DNA of 64,000 bases from Thiotrichales bacterium (GTDB lineage Bacteria; Pseudomonadota; Gammaproteobacteria; Francisellales; CACEW01): the NCBI GenBank assembly GCA_947478175.1, contig CANJUQ010000008.1, forward strand, positions 4,761 through 68,760, given 5' to 3'. The notes beneath the pieces are model-generated. The model worked only from the letters and a program-made list of their open reading frames with translations, made no database searches and was not told the DNA's origin. The translations under genes were made by a program, and so were the position numbers. This document shows, in pieces, positions 56,669 through 64,000 of the stretch. The number at the start of each line of letters is the position of its first letter. The first letter of the stretch is position 1.

Positions 56669-57988
56669 ATGTTTAGACAGGCTGAAGCTTACTTAACTCG
56701 TTGGTTAAAAAAGAAAAACAGATCGCCTTTATTAATTCGAGGCGCCCGACAAGTCGGAAAAAGCTATTTAATTAAAGCATTTGGTGAAAAAAACTTTAAA
56801 AACACAGTCACTATTAACTTCGAATTTATGCCAACCTGCATTGCAGATTTTAAATCTCTGGACCCTGTAGAAATCATTAATCGCTTGCAGATTCAAACAG
56901 GCCAAAAAATTACGCCGGGAGACACCCTTTTATTTCTAGATGAAATTCAAGATTGCAAAGAGGCTCTAGTAGCACTGCGTTATTTCAAAGAAAAAATGCC
57001 TAATCTCGCTCTCATCGCTGCGGGGTCTTTATTGGAATTCACATTGAATGACACTGAATTTCGAATGCCTGTTGGTCGTGTTGAATTTTTGTTTTTAAAT
57101 CCCATGAGCTTTGAAGAATTTTTACTCGCTAAAAATGAAGACTTTTTATTAGAGTGGATTCGAACTATTAAACCTGGGGATCCCATCCCAGACAGCATTC
57201 ATCAAAAAGCCTTATCTCTCGTTCGTGACTACACCTTCACAGGTGGCATGCCTGAGGCTGTCCAATATTTTATAGATAACCCCACGGATGTTTTGGGAGT
57301 CGCAGAAGTTCAAAGTAAATTAGTTCAGGGCTATGCCCTCGATTTTGGTAAATATAGTAAGACGCAAAATCAACATGCCTTACTTAAAACTATTTTTCCC
57401 AAACTGCCCTATCACCTAGGCCAGCAAATCACTTATTCCAAACTAGAAGAAAATGTAGGGATTCGAGAAATCAAAGCCGCTTTAGAGCTGCTCCGACTCG
57501 CGGGTCTTTGTCATTTTATTACCTGGACTAATGGAGAAGGCCTACCCTTAGCAGCTAATCAAAATCCAAAAAAAATCAAATTACTTTATTTAGATACCGG
57601 GCTGTATTTACGAGAACTCAGACTCAACAGCACACTATTTGCACAGGGCGATTTATCTCTGGTGAATAAAGGTGTTCTAGCTGAGCAATGGGTTGGACAG
57701 CAATTACTTGGTTTAAATTCCGTCTCTGAAAAACCTGCTTTATTTTTTTGGTCAAATGACACGCGAGGATCTCAATCTGAAATCGATTACCTCTGGCAAA
57801 AAGAGGACAAGATTATTCCTATTGAAGTCAAAGCAGGAAACAGCCGCCAAATGAAATCATTAAAAATTTATCTAGAAAAATTCCCAGCCCCTTACGGCAT
57901 TCGAATCTCTCATGCCCCCTTAGGTTGGGAGTCAGAAAAACTCTTATCTGTGCCTTATTATTTAATAGGCCAGCTCGCTCGGTTTTAA
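56669..57988 (+). CDS. AAA+ ATPase with C-terminal DUF4143/PD-(D/E)XK-like domain
   Basis: Has Walker A GARQVGKS and Walker B LFLDEIQ. The C-terminal EIDYLW...IPIEVKAG is nuclease-like. Confidence 0.8.
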   Translation: MFRQAEAYLTRWLKKKNRSPLLIRGARQVGKSYLIKAFGEKNFKNTVTINFEFMPTCIADFKSLDPVEIINRLQIQTGQKITPGDTLLFLDEIQDCKEALVALRYFKEKMPNLALIAAGSLLEFTLNDTEFRMPVGRVEFLFLNPMSFEEFLLAKNEDFLLEWIRTIKPGDPIPDSIHQKALSLVRDYTFTGGMPEAVQYFIDNPTDVLGVAEVQSKLVQGYALDFGKYSKTQNQHALLKTIFPKLPYHLGQQITYSKLEENVGIREIKAALELLRLAGLCHFITWTNGEGLPLAANQNPKKIKLLYLDTGLYLRELRLNSTLFAQGDLSLVNKGVLAEQWVGQQLLGLNSVSEKPALFFWSNDTRGSQSEIDYLWQKEDKIIPIEVKAGNSRQMKSLKIYLEKFPAPYGIRISHAPLGWESEKLLSVPYYLIGQLARF

Positions 57989-58031
57989 GAAAAACTAATT
58001 TTAGTAGGTGGGGTTCTAGGATCGCTTACCT

Positions 58032-58688
58032 TTATTTGTGCCTAATCCGCGACGACGCCTGTGGTGACAATGTTCCTAAACAAGTCGGTGGGTAGCCATC
58101 ATTACCGTTACTATTATTATCGTTAGGATTAAAATTGTAATACATGCGGGGAGATGCGTAGTACGAATTAGAAGCAATGGCCATGCTAGGACAAGTCGTA
58201 CCATTGACCAACGGACCCGATAACATATTCCCATTTGCCGCAGTACTGCCGCACGAAGCTGTCGAGTTCTCCCCATAAATATTGATTGCAATGATTGGAT
58301 AAGGTGCGTTTTCCAAATAGTTCATACAGGGCTGTAGATCAATCGTGACCGCAGGATTAGTAGGTGAAAGTATTGCCCCCGTAACGGGGTCAGAAACAAT
58401 AAGTGTTAATACCGTACTATTTCCAAGAATATTATACTTATCTAAATTGATGTTGCGACAGCCTTCGACACCCGCCGGACCAGGGTTAAAAATGGTCAAC
58501 GAGCCCCCATTTCCTATGAGCTCCACAGAAGGAGCCATCTGCCCAACGTCATACTTATTGAAGACCCCACAAAAAAAGAGCTCTCCGCCCAATACAGGAA
58601 GCCCAGAGGCATTAAGAGACAGTCCTAAAAAAGAGGCCATCACCCCTCCACGAAGTCCTGCAACCAAAAATTTTCTCTGAATGTTCAT
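58032..58688 (-). CDS. hypothetical secreted Cys-containing protein (218 aa)
   Basis: Has an N-terminal hydrophobic segment and an Asn/Gly-rich C-terminus. GGAG lies upstream of the ATG. No recognisable domain. Confidence 0.45.
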   Translation of the reverse strand: MNIQRKFLVAGLRGGVMASFLGLSLNASGLPVLGGELFFCGVFNKYDVGQMAPSVELIGNGGSLTIFNPGPAGVEGCRNINLDKYNILGNSTVLTLIVSDPVTGAILSPTNPAVTIDLQPCMNYLENAPYPIIAINIYGENSTASCGSTAANGNMLSGPLVNGTTCPSMAIASNSYYASPRMYYNFNPNDNNSNGNDGYPPTCLGTLSPQASSRIRHK

Positions 58689-58731
58689 TTCTCAATCTCC
58701 TTGTTTCAAACTTTAATTAACACCAATTAAT

Positions 58732-59766
58732 TTAACCCATTAAATTCCCACTCTGCACCACTAAAGTTCCTAGTGGAGCCTTCTTAGCCAATGCCGATTC
58801 CAACATAGCCAATCGGATATAAGACTGACGGTCAGATAAATCTAATTTTCCACACATCCAGACCAAAGATTCGACTGTTTTTTCCAGGGTCATCTGGGGC
58901 TGATAATCAGGAGCTAGTTCTCTAAATTTTGCAAAATTAACTCGATAAGAACGCTTGTCTGGCATCGCTTTGGGGTTTATTTCTATTTTGATTTTTGGAA
59001 TTAATTTCGCACAAATTTCAGCCAAATCTTTAATCTGATAGTTCCAGTGATCCGATCCAATATTAATCACCAAATAATCTTCTTGAGCTTGATAATTCAG
59101 CGCCCAGAGCAGGCTTCTTGAAATATCTTTGACATGAATCAGCGGTCGAATGGGAGACCCGTCACTCATGACCCGAATGATTTTTTCAGAAAGCGCTGTG
59201 GCCACAAAATCATTTAAAACTAAATCTAATCTTAATCTCGGCGAAGCCCCACAAGCGGTCGAAAATCTCAAGGCCATGATTTTAAAATCTGGACTGGCCA
59301 GGTTTTTTAATTCCGCTTCCACGGCAGATTTAGACCGTGCGTAAGCTGTCAATGGATTCAAACTATCTAATTCTGTTTTAGCTAAATCCCCCCCAGCGCC
59401 ATAAAGCGAACAACTAGACGCAAAAATAAATTTTGGGACTCCGTGAGCTCGAGCCATCTGAGCAAGTTTGACACTAGCTTGATAATTCACTGCCTCTGTC
59501 AGCTGATCGAATCTCACGCCCATCGCATCGTTAGATAAAGCCGCTAAGTGAATCACCGCATCCATGCCGTTTAATAATTCATCTGGAAAATTCTGGATAT
59601 CGCCTCGGTATTGCCGAACTAAAAAATTCTCAGGACGTGGGCCGGTCAAGCATTCTTCGAAATAACCTGCATCAAAACCATATAATTCATAGCCACCTCT
59701 TGAAGCCAAATAAGGCACCAAGACTGATCCGATATAACCCATGTTTCCTGTGACTAGTATTTTCAT
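58732..59766 (-). CDS. NAD-dependent epimerase/dehydratase (extended SDR)
   Basis: Has the Rossmann motif VTGNMGYIGS and the catalytic YxxxK (YARSK). Confidence 0.85.
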   Translation of the reverse strand: MKILVTGNMGYIGSVLVPYLASRGGYELYGFDAGYFEECLTGPRPENFLVRQYRGDIQNFPDELLNGMDAVIHLAALSNDAMGVRFDQLTEAVNYQASVKLAQMARAHGVPKFIFASSCSLYGAGGDLAKTELDSLNPLTAYARSKSAVEAELKNLASPDFKIMALRFSTACGASPRLRLDLVLNDFVATALSEKIIRVMSDGSPIRPLIHVKDISRSLLWALNYQAQEDYLVINIGSDHWNYQIKDLAEICAKLIPKIKIEINPKAMPDKRSYRVNFAKFRELAPDYQPQMTLEKTVESLVWMCGKLDLSDRQSYIRLAMLESALAKKAPLGTLVVQSGNLMG

Positions 59767-59883
59767 TTTTATTTAACTCACCCCACGAAGGCCGTGGAGA
59801 CTAGCATGCGATATAAAATATTCATTAAAAATAGCAAATACATATCGACTAAATTTCAAACAAATTAAAAATTAAATATCAGG

Positions 59884-60288
59884 TTAAGACAGCCGCTCAA
59901 GAATTATTTTGTTCCCCTCGGGAAAAACATAGCCCGATAAATCATTGCGAGAGACCATTCGAACCACTTGGCCTTCTTTAGACTCTGGGGTTCCCGTATA
60001 TAAATCTATTTTCCAGATATCTAATAAAACATAAATTTGATTGGGATATTCATGTTCAATCTGAAACCAAGGATGTGCTTCTTTTATTTCTACGCCGATT
60101 TCTTCCTGGAACTCCCGAACTAACGCTTCAAAAGCCGACTCCCCTTCATCTTTTTTACCGCCTGGGAATTCCCAATAGCCTTCCAGATGCTTGCCCTTTG
60201 GGCGCTGGCTAATACAAATCTGACCCTCAGAATTTTCTAAGATTCCGACTAAAACATGAATTCTTGAATCTATTTTTGAACCTGCCAT
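59884..60288 (-). CDS. mutT: Nudix hydrolase, MutT-type
   Basis: Has the Nudix box WEFPGGKKDEGESAFEALVREFQEEIG. Start at ATG 60288. Confidence 0.8.
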   Translation of the reverse strand: MAGSKIDSRIHVLVGILENSEGQICISQRPKGKHLEGYWEFPGGKKDEGESAFEALVREFQEEIGVEIKEAHPWFQIEHEYPNQIYVLLDIWKIDLYTGTPESKEGQVVRMVSRNDLSGYVFPEGNKIILERLS

Positions 60289-60305
60289 TTTTAAAAAAAT
60301 CCCTA

Positions 60306-60776
60306 TTAAAAAACAGGCTGATTCGCCATCAAATAAAAAACAAAAACCAACGCAATAAACGCGGGCCAACCAAATACAAACCAATAAAAATAAAGCTTAT
60401 GGTATAGACTCGGCAGCGGTGTCCCATCCTGTAATGCTTGCCTGGCCAGATCTCTTAATCGAATCTGAAAATAAACGACAGGCAACCAAAATAATCCCGC
60501 AATGACATAGCCCGCCAAAGATCCTAAAACCCAGAATGACAAAACGGGATAGCCTTTTAAATAAATTAATAAAAACCCCGTAATAGGCTGCAAAATTCCC
60601 GCCGTACCCGTGAAAATCCAATCAGCAATAACCACCTGGCCCGTCACCGCTGCGATGATTTTTATATCGCCCAAATAATTAGCCCTGAACATATAGAGCG
60701 CCGACCCCAGCCCCGTTCCAAATAAAACGGCCGCGCCCATCACGTGCAAAATTTTTAAATAAAAAAACAGTTCCAT
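60306..60776 (-). CDS. DUF2269-like 4-TM membrane protein
   Basis: 156 aa beginning LKILHVMGAAVLFGTG. The family assignment is from memory of the architecture. Confidence 0.55.
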   Translation of the reverse strand: MELFFYLKILHVMGAAVLFGTGLGSALYMFRANYLGDIKIIAAVTGQVVIADWIFTGTAGILQPITGFLLIYLKGYPVLSFWVLGSLAGYVIAGLFWLPVVYFQIRLRDLARQALQDGTPLPSLYHKLYFYWFVFGWPAFIALVFVFYLMANQPVF

Positions 60777-60795
60777 AAAACACTCACCTACTCAC

Positions 60796-62121
60796 CTAAC
60801 GATCGCTGGCCAAGGCCATTTGAACCAAAATCAAAACCAAAATAGGGAAATTTTTAATCACTCCGCCAAACGGATCCAACCAAAAATGGGGCAACCAGAG
60901 ACTGATAAAAAGGGTGTAACCCACTATCACCGCCATCTGAAGCCACCCAACCCAGAGTGTTTTCCAGCCCGTTAGAATCCAGAGTCCAATTAGAATATCT
61001 AGGCTTCCTGAAAAATATTGAATCCCTATCCAAATTATTTCAGAAAAAGGCAACATATTTTTAATATCTTGAGTCATGCTATCTGGCAGGACAAAACCCC
61101 ATAGTCCCGACACAATCCATAGCAAAGCCAAAACCCATTGAATCAACGGCTTAATCCAATAAAGCCTCGCATGCCAACGGTCTTGAACAAAACTGGGGTG
61201 GGACTCTAAAAACTCACTCAAGCCCTGAGGTCTAACACCTGTTTCTTGAATAATTTTTTCATAACTCCCAGGACTTCCTACGGCTAAGCCTGGAATCTGC
61301 ATGAGCTCATAACTGGTTTGATTTAAAGGCACAGAAGAAAAACCAGGAATCCAGCTTCCCAACAAACTCAAAACTTTAACCCAGCACAGGGGCATATGAA
61401 TCACCCGGCCTGATTTAAATCCCAGCCATTTTCTCGTTTTTTCTAATAATTCTTGAATCGTAACTATTTCTGGACCGACACCCTCTAATGCTCTGAGGCC
61501 CTGCTTTGGATTTTCTAAACATGTGCAGACTATTTGAGCCAAATCTTCTGCGGCAATGGGCTGAAACAACTGATCACCTTTTCCCACAACTGGCAAAATT
61601 TTTGGAAAAGCAGCTAATGCCCGAAATAACGACCCACCCCCATACGAACCTTTAGAAAAAATAAAAGACGGCCGAATAATCGTCGCACTTCGCAAAGGGT
61701 TAAGAGCGATCAGATTTTTTAAAGCTTTCTCTGCAGCCCGTTTAGTGTCGCTGTAAAGAATCCCCTGCGTTTTTTCACAGTCGGGTTCAGACCCTTTGGC
61801 TGAAATCTGAATAATCTGTTGAATATGAGAACTTTGAAAACAGGCCTGAAATAAAGCTTGCGGCGTCTCAAAATGAACGGCTTCTAATAATTTTTTAGAC
61901 CCGTGCAAAATACCCACGGCATTCACGGCCCCATCAATATCTTTCAATCTGGGTAACCAAATCTCAGACTGAGTGTCTTTTTCATAATCCACTTGAATAT
62001 CTACGCCAGGGCCCCGTCCGCCTAAAACAACTTCATGCCCTCGCCGTTGTAATTCTGAAACAATATGGGACCCTACAAAACCAGCCCCCCCAAGCACTAA
62101 GACTCTTAATTTTTTCATCAA
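60796..62121 (-). CDS. NAD(P)-binding SDR domain fused to a DoxX-like 4-TM domain
   Basis: The N-terminus has VLGGAGFVGSH and the C-terminal ~120 aa form four TM helices. Confidence 0.7.
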   Translation of the reverse strand: MMKKLRVLVLGGAGFVGSHIVSELQRRGHEVVLGGRGPGVDIQVDYEKDTQSEIWLPRLKDIDGAVNAVGILHGSKKLLEAVHFETPQALFQACFQSSHIQQIIQISAKGSEPDCEKTQGILYSDTKRAAEKALKNLIALNPLRSATIIRPSFIFSKGSYGGGSLFRALAAFPKILPVVGKGDQLFQPIAAEDLAQIVCTCLENPKQGLRALEGVGPEIVTIQELLEKTRKWLGFKSGRVIHMPLCWVKVLSLLGSWIPGFSSVPLNQTSYELMQIPGLAVGSPGSYEKIIQETGVRPQGLSEFLESHPSFVQDRWHARLYWIKPLIQWVLALLWIVSGLWGFVLPDSMTQDIKNMLPFSEIIWIGIQYFSGSLDILIGLWILTGWKTLWVGWLQMAVIVGYTLFISLWLPHFWLDPFGGVIKNFPILVLILVQMALASDR

Positions 62122-62154
62122 TTTTTCTCTATCTCTCTTGCTTATTAAAACTTA

Positions 62155-62562
62155 TTAAAACCAAGTTGATTGGGTCACAGCGTCATGCAAAATAATCACA
62201 AAAATCACCAAAACTAAGATCTGAAAAATCAAATATAAATTTTTCCGCTCAGGTTTTTTCCACCGTAACCAAGCACTGATAGACCAGAGAATTAAATTAA
62301 TGCTCAGAAAAATATAGGCATTCAAAACCCAATGCACATGAAGCGACAAATGCGTCCCGTGGACCATTCCTGTCCCAAAAATAAAAGTCAGCAACATAAA
62401 AGGCAGAATGATCCAACGATCGAGCTTTAAAGATTCTTTAATGGCATGAGGATACAAAGCCTGACTCGCTGACCGGACATAATAAACACTGGAAATACAC
62501 AGGCCGAATAAAGTCACGGCAAAGATAAGATGCAAAAATTTAATCCAGGGAAACATATCCAA
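62155..62562 (-). CDS. small 4-TM membrane protein (DUF2269-like architecture)
   Basis: 135 aa beginning IKFLHLIFAVTLFG, similar to 60306-60776. Confidence 0.5.
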   Translation of the reverse strand: MDMFPWIKFLHLIFAVTLFGLCISSVYYVRSASQALYPHAIKESLKLDRWIILPFMLLTFIFGTGMVHGTHLSLHVHWVLNAYIFLSINLILWSISAWLRWKKPERKNLYLIFQILVLVIFVIILHDAVTQSTWF

Positions 62563-62668
62563 ATCTCAAAACCTCTATTTAAACGGGCGGCCATGGTAGT
62601 GGGAATTTCGAGTAAAAAAAATACACCTGCTTGCGAGCACAAAAACACCATCTACCCTCCGCTCCGCT

Positions 62669-63220
62669 ATGGAACTAATCAATCAATTATTAATCGCACT
62701 CCCCAGACCTTCAGATCCGACTTTCAATCGTGCAGTGATTTATATCATTCACCATGATCGCTTCGGCACTGCAGGCTTGATCATCAATCATCCCACTCAT
62801 TCTCGTGTGAGCGATATCATGACGCACATGGAAATTGAGCATGACGGCATTGAGCAAGACGGCGTGGTTTTAGACGGGGGTCCGACAGATAGTCAACGAG
62901 GGTTTGTGTTGCACTCCCCAGTCAATTACTGGCAAACAACCGCTTCTATTAGCCAACATATCGCCCTAACGACTTCACAAGACATGATGGCCGCCATCGC
63001 TGGCAACGAACCTCCAGAAAACTATTTATTAACCTTGGGTCATTGTCGTTGGCATGGGGATAAACTCGAAAAAGAGATTAGAAATAACCATTGGCTGGTC
63101 GCTCCCTCTACGCGTGAACTTTTATTTCGCACGCCGTATTCAGAGCGGTACCAAAAAGCATTACGATTAGCAGGCGTTCATTCATCGATTTCCCTAACGG
63201 AGTTTGCTGGTCATGCCTGA
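62669..63220 (+). CDS. yqgE: YqgE/AlgH family protein (UPF0301)
   Basis: Has FNRAVIYIIHHD..GTAGLIINHP and GGPTDSQRGFVLH motifs. Lies upstream of ruvX. Confidence 0.85.
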   Translation: MELINQLLIALPRPSDPTFNRAVIYIIHHDRFGTAGLIINHPTHSRVSDIMTHMEIEHDGIEQDGVVLDGGPTDSQRGFVLHSPVNYWQTTASISQHIALTTSQDMMAAIAGNEPPENYLLTLGHCRWHGDKLEKEIRNNHWLVAPSTRELLFRTPYSERYQKALRLAGVHSSISLTEFAGHA

Positions 63221-63737
63221 CCCTAATAAAAATAATTTTGATAACCCAAAAAATTCTAATAATCCCCAAAATCTCCCAGAAAATATCTCAGAAATTTTTG
63301 CGGAGAATCCTGCAGAAATTTCCCCAGAAACCTATCAAACCGCTTTGGGTTTTGATTTTGGTTTAGCCAAAATTGGTGTGGCTTTTGGTCAGTCCATTAC
63401 TAAAACAGCCTCACCCGTCTGCGTTCTAAGAGCTAAAGACGGTCAACCTGACTGGAAAGAAGTCGAAAAATTATTAAAAACTTTCAGACCTCAAGTCATC
63501 ATTGTCGGCTTGCCTTTAAACATGGACGAAAGTGAAAACGGCATGTGCATCCAAGCCCGCAAATTCGCAGGCAGACTTCATGGGCGTTTTGGCAAAGTAG
63601 TTTTATTAGTCGACGAGCGATTGAGTTCGACGGGCGTTGCTTATGCCTTGGAAGACATGGGCCAAAATAGATATGGCCGAGCTCGCATCGATGATCTAGC
63701 GGCTTGTTTAATTCTCGAAACTTTTTTTAGATCCCTT
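63213..63737 (+). CDS. ruvX: Holliday junction resolvase-like RuvX/YqgF; no stop codon, reads through into idi
   Basis: Not in the ORF track because the frame stays open to the window end. My translation reads ALGFDFGLAKIGVAFGQ...IIVGLPLNMDESEN...DERLSS...DDLAACLILETFF. The ATG at 63213 overlaps the yqgE stop. Confidence 0.8.
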
Positions 63738-64000
63738 ATGACCGAAAAACCAAAACTTATAGACCCTATTGTCTTAGTGGACACAGAAGATCAACCCATT
63801 GGCATCGAAGAAAAGCTAAAAGTTCACGAACTCGGCTTATTACATCGGGCTTTTTCTGTTTTTGTTTATCGCAAAAATTTACAAAACCAAACCCCGAACA
63901 AGACCATCGAGCTCTTGTTACAAAAACGGGCCGCTGAGAAATATCACAGTGCTGGCTTGTGGACTAACACTTGCTGTTCACATCCAAGGCTCAATGAAGA
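63738..64000 (+). CDS. idi: isopentenyl-diphosphate delta-isomerase type 1 (partial, runs off right edge)
   Basis: MTEKPKLIDPIVLVDTEDQPIGIEEKLKVHELGLLHRAFSVFVY...LLQKRAAEKYHSAGLWTNTCCSHP matches the Idi N-terminal region. It is in the same frame as ruvX. Confidence 0.8.
   Translation, partial: MTEKPKLIDPIVLVDTEDQPIGIEEKLKVHELGLLHRAFSVFVYRKNLQNQTPNKTIELLLQKRAAEKYHSAGLWTNTCCSHPRLNE

Noticed and set aside
1-64000. Search for CRISPR arrays, tRNA/rRNA genes, integrases, transposases and prophage blocks
   Set aside because: None was seen. All spacers longer than 150 bp were read, and apart from the 6S RNA candidate and the repeats reported above they contain no cloverleaf-like or array-like structure. 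No ORF has recombinase or transposase motifs.

Overview
AT-rich chromosomal segment with gammaproteobacterial gene content and local synteny (hemC-hemD-hemX-hemY, minCDE, ssrS upstream of the 5-formyl-THF cyclo-ligase gene, yqgE-ruvX). An intracellular Legionellales-like origin is only a guess. About 60 coding genes are mostly housekeeping: sdaA, polA, priA, xthA, ftsW-murG, hemF, ftsY, minCDE, plsC, fpr, hemW, nadM, maeA, mutS, cdd, mutT, idi. I saw no rRNA, tRNA, CRISPR array, integrase or transposase ORF. One RNA gene is called: a 6S RNA. Accessory content is four type II/VII toxin-antitoxin pairs (higBA, phd-vapC, vapBC, hepT-mntA) and several orphan secreted or hypothetical proteins.

The most unusual signals are at the DNA level.
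- A GC-rich REP-like hairpin family shows perfect compensatory stem changes and has every copy in one orientation. Three copies sit in frame inside polA and a YdiJ-like oxidoreductase.
- A second 67-bp element sits in frame inside murG.
- A 424-bp foldback element with 105-bp near-perfect terminal inverted repeats encloses a decayed DUF559 endonuclease gene.
- A tandem segmental duplication produced two MATE-like transporter paralogs. They share a strikingly conserved, unrecognised cytoplasmic C-terminal tail, and a malic-enzyme pseudogene lies between them.
- ruvX and idi are joined in frame across a T7 homopolymer.

All calls come from reading the translations and sequence by eye. No database search was possible.
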